Positions 39,502 to 53,174 of a stretch of 64,000 nt of DNA are shown in pieces. The notes under the pieces are model-generated. The model was not told where the DNA came from and did not search any database. It saw only the letters and a program-made list of their open reading frames with translations. Position numbers and translations under genes: made by a program. Location: positions 39,618,001 through 39,682,000 of the forward strand of contig OZ024744.1 in NCBI GenBank assembly GCA_964016885.1, in the 5' to 3' direction. The number at the start of each line of letters is the position of its first letter. The first letter of the stretch is position 1. The stretch comes from Eledone cirrhosa (lineage: Eukaryota).

Positions 39502-39595
39502 CTTTTTGCTTTTTCGTATGTTTTTTAACACCATGTTTTTGCTTATTTTTCATGTTAGGGACCTTTATCTTACTTTTCATAGAACCCTGAGCCAT
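39502..39595 (-). CDS. C19orf53: C19orf53/L10K-like protein, exon 1 (MAQGSMKSKIKVPNMKNKQKHGVKKHTKKQK-G)
   Basis: GTCATGG start context, MAQG N-terminus typical of the family, AG|GTAAGA donor. 94 nt (phase 1), which fits exon 2. Confidence 0.9.
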
Positions 39596-40379
39596 GACTG
39601 ACTACACGTGTTTGAAGTTAAATAGGTAATTATAAAAATACTGAATTGAGAAATTTAGTTTCGTAACAAGTGTAAGGAAGAGGCCATCTTTTAAAGTTAT
39701 TTGTTAGAAAGAGCGAATAAAAAGAAGAAAAAAAACAGGAAAAAAATATTTTCTAATGTAAATATATATATATTTCCATCAACGAATTACTTTCTAAAAT
39801 TTAAAAGAGTTGTTGACAAAATATTAGAAACGGTAGTGTCAGTGCTTTTTGGCATAGAGTTACGGCCCTTTAGAGTATGTTAACTTTGTCTTTTATCCTT
39901 ATGGGGTCGGTAAAATAAAGCACTAGTAATGCACTGAAGTCGATCTAATCTCCTCCTCAAAATTTGTTGGCCTTGTGCCTAAATCAAAAACCATAATAAT
40001 AATAGACAAAAAAAATAACAGCTAACTCCTGTAAACTAATGTATTTGTTTTAGGTATAAATCCTGCCGAGGTCAACTTAGGCTTTCAGCCTTCTGATGTT
40101 AATGAAATTAAGTACCAATCAAGTACTACGGTTGATTTAATCGACTTATCTCCTCCTCCTCTCAATTTTTCTACCTTTAAGTTTAAATGACAGTATAATT
40201 TATTCACGTTTATAATAACATGTATAATGACACAATGCTTACAGGAAAATCATAAAATCACTTATATCAACACAAGTGGATAACATTACAAATGCTTCGG
40301 TAACACTACAAAGGATGATATAATGAAAGATATATTCCTTTAATGCTACAATATTAAAGAAAATGTAAAAGAAGGGGTG

Positions 40380-41876
40380 AACAACGGAGCCAACGCCAGA
40401 GCAAAAGACAGCAACGTCGCGAGTACTGGGCAACCTCTCTAATGATTTTTGAGGCAAGCCAGCACACTCGCAGCGTTGCCTCGGGTGATGGCGAGGCTGA
40501 TGCGCTGAAACAGCCAAGCACCCTCGCGAGATTCGCCAGTCAACTCTATTAGGCGAGCCGCCAGTGAGGAAAGGAACCTCGCAGTCAGCGGCCCGACTCC
40601 CCCAAACGTCTCGAAAACCACAGGCTGAAAAAAGTAGCTGGCCGACAGAGCAGAGTATTTGAGGGTCTTACTCCACTCGGCTGCAGAAGCTGTGGCTCTT
40701 GTCCTAACCTCAGCATCCAGGATGTAGGAAAGAGCAAAGGAGACAGTGATGTCCCAGACAAGGCACCTGCCTCTTGACCAGGGGCACAGGTTAAGACCGT
40801 CACTTCTGGACAACCCAGATGGTTCCAAGACTGAGGGGATATTCGCCCGGGCCAAAGCTCTCTTCAGAATGAGGTTTAGCACTGTGTGATGCGCGAAGCG
40901 GCCAGCATTCAGGCGGCAAGAAAGACCGTAGAGGCCTGTAGAGTCGTGGAGTTTGTCGCATCGGCACCTCAAACCCATGCAGACGTCAGCTCCCACTCTG
41001 AGGGCGATGGAGGCACGAAGTTCGTCCAGGCTGAGTAGGCCACCAACGTTGGCCACAGGTAGGGCATTAACCCAGTTGCCTGAGTATTTGCAAACTGATC
41101 TGACTGGACAAAGAGGGAGTCGAAAGTGACCTTCGAACTTATGCTGTCCCAAGCTCTCTGACTTCGACTGTCCTCCACCTTCTCAGGAAGAGACAAGCCC
41201 AGCTCACTCCATTGCTGGAGAGCTTCACCCAACTCCCTGTTGGAACTAGTCCATGTTGGAGAGGAGAGGATGCTGCTCACCAGGGTGGAGCAAGTGTGGA
41301 TGGAGGAAAGGAAGCAAGGGAGAGAGAGGGACGGACACTTACGGAGTCCAAGACCTCCAAATCGCTTGGGCAAAGCAGCCTGATGGCGGGACTCTGGAGA
41401 GAGTCTAACATTGACCAGGCACTTGAGTCTCTCAAAGATTAGGTCGTCGAAGCGTTGGAGGCAGGACAGAAATCTGTGAGAGGTGCTGACCCTGAGCAGA
41501 TACAGAAGCTTAGGAATAGACAGGTAGTTCCTGAGTAAGAAGAAACCTTGATGGGGTTCGATAACTTCGATATTCCTCAGCAGCTGCTCAAGTCCAACCA
41601 TCTTCGATTGGAAGGTTGACTCGAAGGCCAGGTCTGTGATTGGGGCTCCTAAGGAGCACCAAGCCGACAGGGGAGGGACCGCGATGGAAGGGAAGGACTC
41701 TGCGAACAGGTCGATCAGCTGTTGGTGTTGAGAAGCCGGGTGGTTGAGGATCCAGAGCTCACATTTGGAGCTATTGATCTGGAGACCCCGGCGGCCAAGC
41801 TCCTCCACCATCCTGTTGGCAGTGGCGAGAACCTTATCCGGAGTCCCCCCCCCCAAAAGGCGTCGTCGAGGTACCT
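40380..41876 (-). mobile_element. 5'-truncated CRE-like non-LTR retrotransposon (RT + zinc knuckle + restriction-like endonuclease)
   Basis: YLDD, LPKRFGGLGLR, CRC..SC..RFAHH, EPSGLSRSDG..LVWDIT, FQPVVFETFG, QRISLAITRGNA. Confidence 0.88.
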
Positions 41877-43140
41877 GAATCTTAAACCACCTGGCTTCTC
41901 AACACCAACATACAATCGACTTGTTTACGGAGTCCTTCTCTTCCATTGCAGTTTCTTCCCTGTCTTCTTGGTGCTCCTTAGAAGCCCCAATTACAGACCT
42001 TGCCTTCGAGTCAATCTTCCAATCGAAGATAGTTGACCTTGAGCTGCTGCTGAAGAATATTGACGCAATCAAACCCCATCAAGGTTTTTTCATACTCAGA
42101 AACTATCTTTTGATTTCTAAGCTTCTGTATCTGCTCAGGGTCAGCCCTTCTCACAGATTTCCATCCTGCATCCAACGCTTTGATGACCCAATCTTCGAGA
42201 GACTCAAGTGCTCTCCAGAGTCTCGCAATCAGGCTGCGTTGCCCAAGCGATTTGGGGGTCTTGGTCTTCGTAAATGTTCATCCCTCTCTCTCCCCTGCTT
42301 CCTTTCCTCACCCCCACTTGCTCCACCCTGGTGAGCAGCATCCTCTCCTCTCCAACATGGACTAGTTCCAACAGGGAGTCGGAGTGAGTTGGGCTTGTCT
42401 CTTCCTGAGAAGGTGAGGGACAGTTGAAGTCAGAGAGCTTGGGACAGCATAAGTTCAAAGGCCACCTTCAACTCCCTCTTCATCCAATTAGATCAGTTTT
42501 CAAGGTGCTGCTTACCATCTGCCAGCACCAAATACTCAGATGACTGGGTTGATGCCCTACCCATGGCTAACGTTGGTGGCCTACTCAGCTTGCACAAACT
42601 TTGTGTCTCAATTGCCCTCAGAATGGGAGCTGACCTCTGTTCGGGTCTGAGGTGTCAATGTGGCAAACTCCTTTGGCCCCTGGCAAACATCCCCTCAAAC
42701 TGGGTTGTCCAGAAGTGATAGGAAAAGACCTGACAGCCACTGGTTGAGAGGCAGATGCCTTGCCTGGCATGTTACAGTTAGTGACTCTTTTGCTTCTTCC
42801 CACATCCTGGATGCTGTGATTAGGGCGAGAGCCACAGCTTCTGCAACCAAACGGAATAAAAATACTTTGATTTGTCGGCCAAATACATTTTCCAGCCTGT
42901 GGTGTTCGAGACGTTTGGGGTAGTCGAGCTACTGGCTGCGAGATTCCTATCTTCTCTGGCAGCTCGCCTAACAGAGATAACTGGTGAAGTTCATGAGGGC
43001 GCTTGGTTGTTCCAGTGCATCAGCCTCGCCATCACCCGAGGTAACGCCGCAAGTGTGCTGGCTTGCTTCAAAAATCATTAGAGAGGTTTCCCAGTACTCC
43101 TCGCGATACTGTTATCTTTTACTCTGGCAGTACCTTCGTT
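41877..43140 (+). mobile_element. Second, more decayed CRE-like copy, inverted and abutting the first
   Basis: Same motifs (LPKRFGGLGLRKC, RSDRKRPD, FQPVVFETFG, RGNAASVLAC). Starts at the equivalent of ~41752 of the first copy. Confidence 0.88.
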
Positions 43141-43150
43141 GTCCACCCCT

Positions 43151-44965
43151 TCATCATCATCATCATTTTATGTCCGCTTTTCCCTGCTTACAAGGGTGGG
43201 GTGAGTCCTATTTAGTACAGCATCTCTCCATTCGTCATCTCTTCCATGAGATTCAGTGATCTGAGATCAGCTCTCACCACTTCCACCCATGTTTTTCATG
43301 GTCTTCTTCTACTGCGTCTTCTTTCTACTAGGATTTCTTGGCACTTCTTTACCCAGCGGTCATCCTCCATACGCATCAGATGTCCATACCAATGCAGTAT
43401 TCTCTCCCGCACACTATAGCTTAACCCTCTTATACACAATTTCTCTCTCAACTCGTCTATGCTTGGTCGTTCACGTACATTGACATTGCACATCCAATGG
43501 AGCATACTTGCTTCATTTCTCTCCAGCCATCCCATATCCTCTGCAGTTGGTGCCCATGTCTCCCTACCATGCAGCATAGCGCATCTCACACAGACATCAT
43601 ATAACTGGCCTTTCATTCGTAGGGAGAAACCCTTATTTGTCAAGAGAGGAAGCAGCTCCCTAAACTTCTTCCAACCCAGCCTTATTCTAGATACTATAGT
43701 CTAGGAGCACCCTCCTCCCTTGCTAATCTGATCACCTAAGTATCGGAAGCTATCAGCCACCTCTATAGATCCTACCTACATTTGAAAATGTCAAACTCAA
43801 ATGTCTACTGTCAAATTTCCCTACCTGTTTGTTTGCCTGCTATCCCACTACATCTCTTGCGTACCCAAGATCTGCATTGTGTACATTTTATAGAATTTAT
43901 GCCAGTTCCTTTTCTATATATCGAACATGGCCATTTCCCTGATGGAATCAGAGTTTTGTCTTCTTTTCTACTCACCAACACCTTTGTCTTAGTTAGGTTC
44001 ACTCTCAGTCCTCTTGATTCCAACTGCTGTTTCCATTGCCAGAATTTATTCTCTAGCTCCTCTACTGATTCTGTTATAAGAGGCAGATAATCAGCATAGA
44101 GAAGTTCTCCTGTGCAGCTAGTCTTAAACACCTCTGTTATGGCTTGGAGGACTATAATGAACAAGAGCAGGCTGAGGACCGAACCCTGATATACTCCTAC
44201 TTGTATCTGGAATTCCTCACTAAACTCCATTCCTACTCTCACTTTACTGACAGCTCCTCTGTACATAGCTTGCACTGTCCTCACAAGCCATTCCTCTATA
44301 CCTAGTTTCCTTAGGGACCACCAGATGACAGATCGGGGTATTCTATTAAAGGCCTTCTCTAGGTCAACAAAAGCTAAGTATAGTGGCTTATTCTTCTCAA
44401 GAACCTCTCTTGTAGTTGTCTCACTAAGAAGAGAGCATTTGTTGTACTTTTCCCAGGCACAAAACCAAACTGCATCTTATCTAATTTGACCCTTTCTCTA
44501 ATTAGCTGCTCTAGTATTCTTTCTGCCACTTTCATAACCTGATCCATCAGTTTTATGCCCCTATAATTGCTCCTCTCCAGAGCATCCCCTTTACCTTTGT
44601 AGCAATTTACAAGAATACTGCTGCACCAGTCTTTGGGTATGACTCCGCCATATATAGCTTGATTGACCATGTACGCAACCAGTTTAGTTCCTACTTCTGA
44701 TGCCTTCAGCATCTCAGCAACTATCTCCAACAGTCCAGCAGCCTTGCCACTTTCCACTTCCTTAATTGCCTCTTCGACCCTATAGTCGTCAATCTCAATA
44801 GCTGGTCCCTCTGTCGGGTCTACTGGGAGTAGTTTCTTTCTTTCCTATTTGTTCTCCCCATTCATCAGTCTTTCATAATGACATTTCCAGGCCTCCTTTT
44901 TCTGATCATCAGTGACATTAAGTACACCAGCATCATTTCAGACACATTTATCTCCAACAACATTT
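43151..44965 (-). mobile_element. 5'-truncated RTE LINE, related subfamily with PHD-like insert
   Basis: NYRGIKL, YQGSVLS, LLYADY, WPCSIY..CTQC..RC, WYGHLMRM; (CAT)n tail at 43151-43166. Confidence 0.9.
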
Positions 44966-44989
44966 AATAACCATTTGTGCTTTCATTCT

Positions 44990-45168
44990 GCAGTGGATTG
45001 ACAGTATCGGTAGAGAGTCGGACGCCATGCTTTCCAGCATAGTTATAGTCTGAGTTCAAATCCCGCTGAGGTTAACTTTGCCTTTCATCCTTCAGGGTCG
45101 ATAAAATAAAGTACCTGTAATACACTGAGATAATTGTTGGCCTTGTGCCAAAAGTAGAAACAATTATG
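44990..45168 (+). mobile_element. SINE family A
   Basis: GTGGATTGACAGTATCGGTAGAG head, GAGTTCAAATCC B box, GCCTTTCATCCTT..GGTCGATAAAATAAAGTACC core. Confidence 0.85.
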
Positions 45169-46049
45169 AAATTTCTATTTCTTTTTATTTATGTTATTAT
45201 ATATATATATATTTTTTTACTTCTAATTTGAATAATTAATTGATTATATGTATGTATTTGTATCTGATATAAATGTAATAAATTATTTTTATGATTATTT
45301 TAGACGGGATCAGATAAAGACTGGTGTACTAAATGACATACACCAAAAATTTCCAATTATAAATGGAAGCATGGCTACGGTTAAGAAGTTCACCTCACAA
45401 TCTCTTTGTTTTGGTTTAAGTCCCAATGTGTAGCACTTTGGCTAAGCGTTTCCTAATATAGCTTCAAGTTGACTAATACCTTGTGAATAAAAATTGGTAG
45501 ACTGAAATTGCACATAAGCCTGTTATTAATATGTGTGTGAGTCTCCGTCTCCTGTATTTGTGCTGTTTGTCATATGCCCTGTAATCTAGTGGTTTGATAA
45601 GTATGGATTGATAAAACAAATACCAAACTTTAAAAATAAATACTGTAGCTGATATAATCAACTAAAAACTATTCAGATTGGTACTTCAACCTAGCTTCAG
45701 TTTATTGACTGAAACTAATAAAAGAAATCGGAAACTAAATGCCAGAAGAAAAAAAATAAAAGCTTAGTAGTGATTGTTAATGACTCTCAAAGAGAAGGGA
45801 AGATAAATTCAGGAAATAAAATAAAATAAATGGTACATTGGGAAATAAACGAGAGGTCACTTTACATCAATATCTGTGGGTTTCAGTACAACCTACTACT
45901 ATTCAAATATCCTTCTTACCCTATTCAAATATTCCACACATTAATTTTTGTTTCCTTCTATATACCTTGGAATATCCCAGACTATAAATCTCATCATTAG
46001 GAAATGAAAATATCTCATCTTATTCATTGGATTCATTGTGTATAAATAC

Positions 46050-46485
46050 TTTAGGCTTAGGATTAAAATGAGGGTTCATAAGAGTTAGCATTGGGGTTAG
46101 TAAAGGTAAGGGCTAGAGTGTGTAATGATTAGGGTTATGGTGAGATTTGGCTAGGGCTGAGATTGGGGTTCATAAGGGTTAAGATTAGGGTTTGTAAGAT
46201 TACTGTTTGTACGAATTAGACCTAGAGCTAGTTTTGGTTGGGATTAGGGTTTGTAGGGATTTGGGTTTGTAATGGTTAGGATTGGTATTAAGGTTCATTA
46301 GGGCTAGGATTGAGGTTTGTAAGGTATATGGTTTAGGTTAGTTAGAGTTCATAAGAATTAGGGTTAGGTTTAGTTAGTGTTCGGATTAGGGTTCATAAGT
46401 GTCATAATTGGGAAGTGTAAGGGTTAAGATTAAGGTTAGTTAGAGTTCTTAAGGGCTTGTAAGAGTTAGGGTTAGGTTTAGTTTG
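46050..46485 (+). repeat. Degenerate TTAGGG-rich low-complexity tract
   Basis: Many TTAGGG/GATTAGGG/GGTTAG variants with strong G/T strand skew. Confidence 0.7.
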
Positions 46486-46947
46486 TATCTGGTGGCAATG
46501 GTGAAAGAGGTTGTGTGATGGACATGACTGAAAGGACTGAAGACAAACACTTTCCTCTTTGGCGAAGCCCGCATCAACTTTTTCAAGTTCCACTTGGAAA
46601 GGAAGGTGAGAATGGATAAGTAAGTGCAGCCTCCCAGTATATTTGTTCAAGGGTGGGTGAATGTAGCAAGGATGGCTTGAGTGAATGGACTTACTCTGAA
46701 GATGTACCAGTGGGTTGGAAAGTTTAGAGAGGATAGGGACACTTTCCTATGATGCTCTTAGTGATTAGGGTATTTTAGGATCTGTGGGGTCCTAAGTTAC
46801 TCCTGGATGGTACTCCTCCCTATTAAGTAAATTTTCTTGTTATTAATTTGTTGTTAATTGTTACCCATTACTTTTTTGTACTGTCCCTGTTTTGTGTATT
46901 GTCCTCTATATTTTGGAAACAGTGGCCAATAAAGAAATTATAATCAT

Positions 46948-47365
46948 TGTGGATTGGCAGAGTTGGTAGAGGGTTGGACATGCTTTCCAGCAAAGTTATG
47001 TCCCTTTACGATCTGAGTTCAAATCCCGCCAAGGTTAACTTTGCCTTTCATCCTTACGAGGTCGATAAAATAAAGTACCAGTAATGTACTGGTTAATTGC
47101 TGGCCTTGTGCCGAAAGTAGAAACAATTATTATTATTATCTTGACGGTGGATTGGCAGATTGGTAGAGTGTCAGACAGCATGCTTTGCAGCATAGAGTTA
47201 TGACCCTTTGGGCTCTAAGTTCAAATCCCGCCGAGGTTAGCTTTGCCTTTCATCCTTACAGGGTCAATAAAATAAAGCACCAGTAATACACTGGGGTTGA
47301 TTTAATCGACTTTCCCCTCCTCTTCAAATTGCTGGTCTTGTATCTAAAATAGAAACAATTATTAT
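46948..47365 (+). mobile_element. Two tandem SINE family A copies
   Basis: Both have the A box TGGCAGA(G)TTGG, B box GTTCAAATCC and (ATT)n tails. Confidence 0.88.
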
Positions 47366-48624
47366 CTTGATGAAGAACCTATACACAAAACGTTGATACT
47401 GTTCCCTTTTTCACAATACTTAATGCATTGTCACATATTTTAAATAACTTTGGAGTCTAGCAAAGTACCTCACCTTTAAGTTCCATCCAATATTCATTGT
47501 AGTGAAAATTTCCTTTTCAAATGCTCCATTACATGGTGTGTGAGTGACTGTTTCTGACACCTACTTTATAAACTTGCTATTATGAAAACTCATTCTACCA
47601 TGATTGATGTTATTTATGCCCCCACAAGTATGTGTATATCCTCATAAGCTGAAAATACCACATTTCATACTTCCTTAATCTTCCATTTGCTTCCTGAATT
47701 AACAGAGTCAATAGGTCATCGATTAAATGCCTTGGTATTAGTATGGCTCTCTGTTCTTTGAGCTCAAATCTTATCATGGTCAACTTTGTCTTTTATCCTT
47801 TCAGGATTAATAAATAAAATGCAAGTTCAGGAGTGGTGGATTGGTGGAATTGTTAAAGAATCAGGTGGGATTTTTTGCGATATCGGATTTGGTTTTGTGC
47901 GTTTTGAATTAAAATCCTGCTTCCTTTTGTCAAGAGTTGTAACTAGCAGATTGTATCATCAATAGAAAGCCCAATAGAAAGAGTTTCCTTGGTTTGATCT
48001 GATGACCAGCTCTATTTTCTTAATTTTTGACACACAAGAATTACTCACATGTAACCTAAACCCATCACAATAGACTTCAACTGCTTTCATAAACAAAGAT
48101 ACTGGACGATACTGGTAAAATCGGAAAGACAATAGCCCATCTGAAGAAGGAGCCCCATGAGGTGGGGGTAACTGTTGCATCAGGTGTCGCTGGCCATTCT
48201 CCATGGGAATGCCTTTGCCATTTTGTCACAAGTATAGTGTGATGGGTTTAGGTTGCATGTGAGTAGAGTCTGTCGCTGCCTACCCCTCTACCTAATTCTA
48301 ATTTAAAAAAAGTAAATTAGGCAATATATATTTATGAATGTCTCTGTGCTGGAAAAAGTAAGAGGCTGGTTTTAAAAAAATCCACAACATAAAACGAATG
48401 TATCCAATGAAATATTACCAGACAGAAATAAATACTGAAACTCAGTAAAAGAATACAAGAACTTGTATAATAATTTAATCTGGAGTACTACAGTGTGATA
48501 TCTGTTTTACTCAGTCGCTTGGCCTGCTAGAAGGAGCAGCCTAACGTCATCAAAAGCCACAGTGAATAATATAATCCTACACTCATAACGGCTGTTATGA
48601 CTTTTGTAACATTAATTTTACATA

Positions 48625-50195
48625 ATAATAATGATTACTACTTTAAGCACAAGATCAGCAATTTGGGGAGACGGGAAAGTCGATTAAATCAATCTCAGTG
48701 CATTACTGGTACTTTATTTTATCGGCCCCGTAAGGATGAAAGGCAAAGCTAACAGGATTTTAACTCAGAAGGTAAAGGGTCGTAAATCTATGCAGCAAAG
48801 CATGTTGTCCGACGTTCTACCAATACTGCCAATCCAAATAATAATAATTGTTTCTATTTTTGACACAAGGCCAGCGATTACCCAGTACATTACTGGTACT
48901 TTATTTTATCGACCCCGTAAGGATGAAAGGCAAAGTTAACCTCGGCGAGATTTGAACTCAGATCATAAAGGAACGTAACTCTATGCTTCAAAGCATGGTG
49001 TCCGACTCTCTACCGATACTGCCAATTGCCAATCCACCGATAATAATAATTGTTTCTACTTTTTGCACAAGGCCAGCAATTATCCAGTACATTACTGGTA
49101 CTTTATTTTATCGACCTCGTAAGGATGAAAGGCAAAGTTAACCTCGGCGGGATTTGAACTCAGATCGTAAAGGGACGTAACTGTGCTGGAAAGCATGTCT
49201 GACCCTCTACCGATACTGCCAATTCACCGATAATAATAATTGTTTCTACTTTTTGCACAAGGCCAGCAATTATCCAGTACATTACTGGTACTTTATTTTA
49301 TCGACCTCGTAAGGATGAAAGGCAAAGTTAACCTCGGCGGGATTTGAACTCAGATCGTAAAGGGACGTAACTGTGCTGGAAAGCATGTCTGACCCTCTAC
49401 CGATACTGCCAATTCACCGATAATAATAATTGTTTCTACTTTTTGCACAAGGCCAGCAATTATCCAGTACATTACTGGTACTTTATTTTATCGACCTCGT
49501 AAGGATGAAAGGCAAAGTTAACCTCGGCGGGATTTGAACTCAGATCGTAAAGGGACGTAACTGTGCTGGAAAGCATGTCTGACCCTCTACCGATACTGCC
49601 AATTCACCGATAATAATAATTGTTTCTACTTTTTGCACAAGGCCAGCAATTATCCAGTACATTACTGGTACTTTATTTTATCGACCTCGTAAGGATGAAA
49701 GGCAAAGTTAACCTCGGCGGGATTTGAACTCAGATCGTAAAGGGACGTAACTGTGCTGGAAAGCATGTCTGACCCTCTACCGATACTGCCAATTCACCGA
49801 TAATAATAATTGTTTCTACTTTTTGCACAAGGCCAGCAATTATCCAGTACATTACTGGTACTTTATTTTATCGACCTCGTAAGGATGAAAGGCAAAGTTA
49901 ACCTCGGCGGGATTTGAACTCAGATCGTAAAGGGACGTAACTGTGCTGGAAAGCATGTCTGACCCTCTACCGATACTGCCAATTCACCGATAATAATAAT
50001 TGTTTCTACTTTTTGCACAAGGCCAGCAATTATCCAGTACATTACTGGTACTTTATTTTATCGACCTCGTAAGGATGAAAGGCAAAGTTAACCTCGGCGG
50101 GATTTGAACTCAGATCGTAAAGGGACGTAACTATGCTGGAAAGCATGGCATCCGACCCTCTACCGATACTGTCAATCCACCGATCATAATAATAA
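48625..50195 (-). repeat. Tandem array of ~8 SINE family A monomers; 190-bp unit, five apparently identical
   Basis: Units start at 49041, 49231, 49421, 49611, 49801 and 49991, with diverged units at ~48625 and ~48840. Pol III A/B boxes are on the minus strand. Confidence 0.95.
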
Positions 50196-52149
50196 AAGGT
50201 TGCGGTAATAGGAAAAAGAGAGAGAGACAGAGAGAGAACGTATGGGTGTGTTATGTAGGAAGAAGGAGTAGAGTTGTATTTGCGAAAGATAAGAGTTATC
50301 CTCTTTCGTCATTTAACTAGGAGAGTCATTAATTGTAGAACTATCAAGTTTCCGTCAGAGGGCGCCTGTTGCATTTTGGTAGGTTCTTGTTTATCGTTAA
50401 TCACATGTACTCTCCGCCCTCCTCTCTATTGTTATTTACAGTTGTTTTTGTCTTCTTTTAATTAGATTATATTAACTAACTGTTATGAACTTATGTCTAA
50501 TGTATAACTTATAGTTTTTATTTAACACACACACATTCTTTCTGTATATAGTATCATAATTCTTTATTAAATTGCAAGTTTTCCCCTTTTTGTGATAAAT
50601 TTAGTTAAGTACTTATCAACTTTCTTTGATCAGTATCCTCGTATTTTGTTCGTGTCCAACTTTCAAACTTTATGCCGAATGCCTTATATATTACAAGGGA
50701 ATAAAAAAAAGGAAACCGTTTTTTTTTAAAATTATCCTTGTTCTAATGTGTATTACTCCCAGGTCACCTCCGATAATTTCAGCTGACGTTAGTAGTGATT
50801 TCGTCTCTTGGACTACATTATATAACGTGTCATTAGTTTAAGACAATAGAATATAATTTGAGAGAGACATAACTGTTATTTCTAACATGACGAGTGATAT
50901 GTCCTAATTAATGTTAAAAGATACTGGGCGTCGAAATAAAATAAAATAAAACTAACGATATTATATTAAAGAGATTGAATGAATACGCAAAAATAAAGGC
51001 GTAGTTTTCAATTACTGCACATCCCTGAATAAACTGGCACAAGACCTCGAAAACTTCGTACGTACGAAACGAGGCGTAATTTTTTATTTGACGGGTGTTA
51101 ATTGTAAACCTCCCCACCACAGTGATAACAGAGCGAAATCTAATTTGCCAGGATTTGAACTCTGAATGTTACGGGACATAACTAAGTACGGAACACCATA
51201 AAGATTAATTGTTATCAAATTTCTTTAGATAGTGCAGAGAAACTTTTTTTTCGTGCATGTTGTAACTGGATTCTAGACAATAATTTCGTACTTTAAGTTT
51301 TCGCTTTAGGTATATAAAATAATAAACAAGATAACGAAGTGAATTAAAGTGAAAAAAAAGAAAAAGAAAGTTATTTCAATTAAAAGGGGAAATCCGACAA
51401 TGCAAATATAACATTTTAACGGCATTTCTATATTGATTCGTCGTTACTATTTCATATAATTTTCTTTTAGTTTAGGGATAGAAAAATTTGTAAAAAAAAA
51501 CTTTTCACAAATAAATCTTTCATTTTTATCAGTTAAAAAGTAATTGATAAACAAAAGAAAATTCAAACGACGAAGATTTTACAATGAATAAACAGGTATT
51601 TTCCTTTTAATCCACTTTCAATTACTTGCTTGCAACTTTATATACCTAAAGCGAAATATCCCTATTTTTAGAAACTATATTACTGACGCGAATGCCCTAC
51701 GGTTACGTTTAAACCATTTAACTGCTTAAGTTTGACCGAGTAAGGATTCCATCTTATTAAATGAAATCTACACTCTACTTTCTCTAAACTAATGTTAGCC
51801 TTTGATTTAATCTTCAGCCTTTTTTATTGACATCTACGACACCCGCATAAATAGCCATCATACATGTTAGTATTTATGTTGACGTCAACGAACGCTAAGA
51901 AACCCTGCTCGTAACTAGATTCTCTGATCACATCCGAAACTTATTAAAAAAGATTCTTGCTAATGCAAAACATCTAGTATCCTCCAGCTTTATTATAATA
52001 ATATATTTAGATCGTGTGCTTTACTAATACTATACTTATTTCATTTTTTATCACATTTTATTTGTCTAGTGTATGGCGTCCTTACCCACTATGTAACATC
52101 GTTTTTCTAGCTCCACGTATTGTAACATCTATGTTAATGTTTACTGTAT

Positions 52150-52295
52150 ATTATAATTGTTTCTACATTTGGCACAAGGCCAGCAATTATTCCAGTGTAT
52201 TACTGGTACTTTATTTTATCAACCTCGTAAGGATGAAAGGCAAAGTTAACCTCGGCGGGATTTGAACTCAGAATGGAAAGGGCCGTAACTCTTTG
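52150..52295 (-). mobile_element. SINE family A, partial
   Basis: Same core and B box as the array. Confidence 0.8.
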
Positions 52296-52985
52296 ATCGA
52301 CTAAAACCTTTTAAGACGATGCCCTACTATTGTCGCAGTCAAAAGATATTCGAGAAAGGCTCCAGAAAACCCTTTAAAATATCCACGTGTATGTGTTGGA
52401 TCTTCGTCGGTTCCGACGAGTGTTTTGGTTGATTCGATCAACAGAACAGCTTCATTGTGTAATCACATGTGCGTAACTGTGCATTTCATAGTTCTCAGAG
52501 ATTGAATATGACAGTATAACAAGGCCAACAGTTTGAATTGCAGATGCAGCTAAATTTTCTTTTTCTTTAGCGGAGTGGACTGGAAAACGTGAAATAAAGT
52601 TTGTTGCTAAAGGACAGAACACGTCGCAGATATTTCTCACAATCGTGAGCTACTAAGCCACGCACTATCGCACAAACATACTGTTACAGCGAGGGTCTCA
52701 AACATGCCTCCTGCAAACTACTTTTCTATGGCCCGCAAGAGAACAATCTTCATGGCTAATATTTTCCTAAAACTTGGTAATTTGTTCCTCGTGTGTGTGT
52801 GTGTGTGTACAGACCTGTCAACTCTCCCCGTTCGACGGGGACACCTCCTACACACTTGGGTGGGTGAGAGATGTCTTCTCTTGTGAAAATGGGTATAGCT
52901 TTCATTAGGTAAAAATCTCCCCATTTTGCCTCATTTTTCCCCGTGTTGGAATACTTTTTTCATGATACACACCGTTTGGCAGGTC

Positions 52986-53051
<66 letters not shown>

Positions 53052-53174
53052 GGAGGTGAGTTTTATTGTAGTACAATAAAGCAATGCAGATATCGGATAA
53101 GAAGCACTCTACAGTTTGTAGGACTGGAGTATACATAATATATAAGAACAAAAGATGGTTAAAAGAGTTCCATG

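Noticed and set aside
48041-48267. ~30-bp inverted repeat enclosing CTGAAGA
   Set aside because: No GAAA or stem arrangement completes a hammerhead; too little support to classify.
49041-50183. CRISPR-like array
   Set aside because: Units are contiguous identical 190-bp SINE monomers with no unique spacers, in a eukaryotic context with no cas genes.
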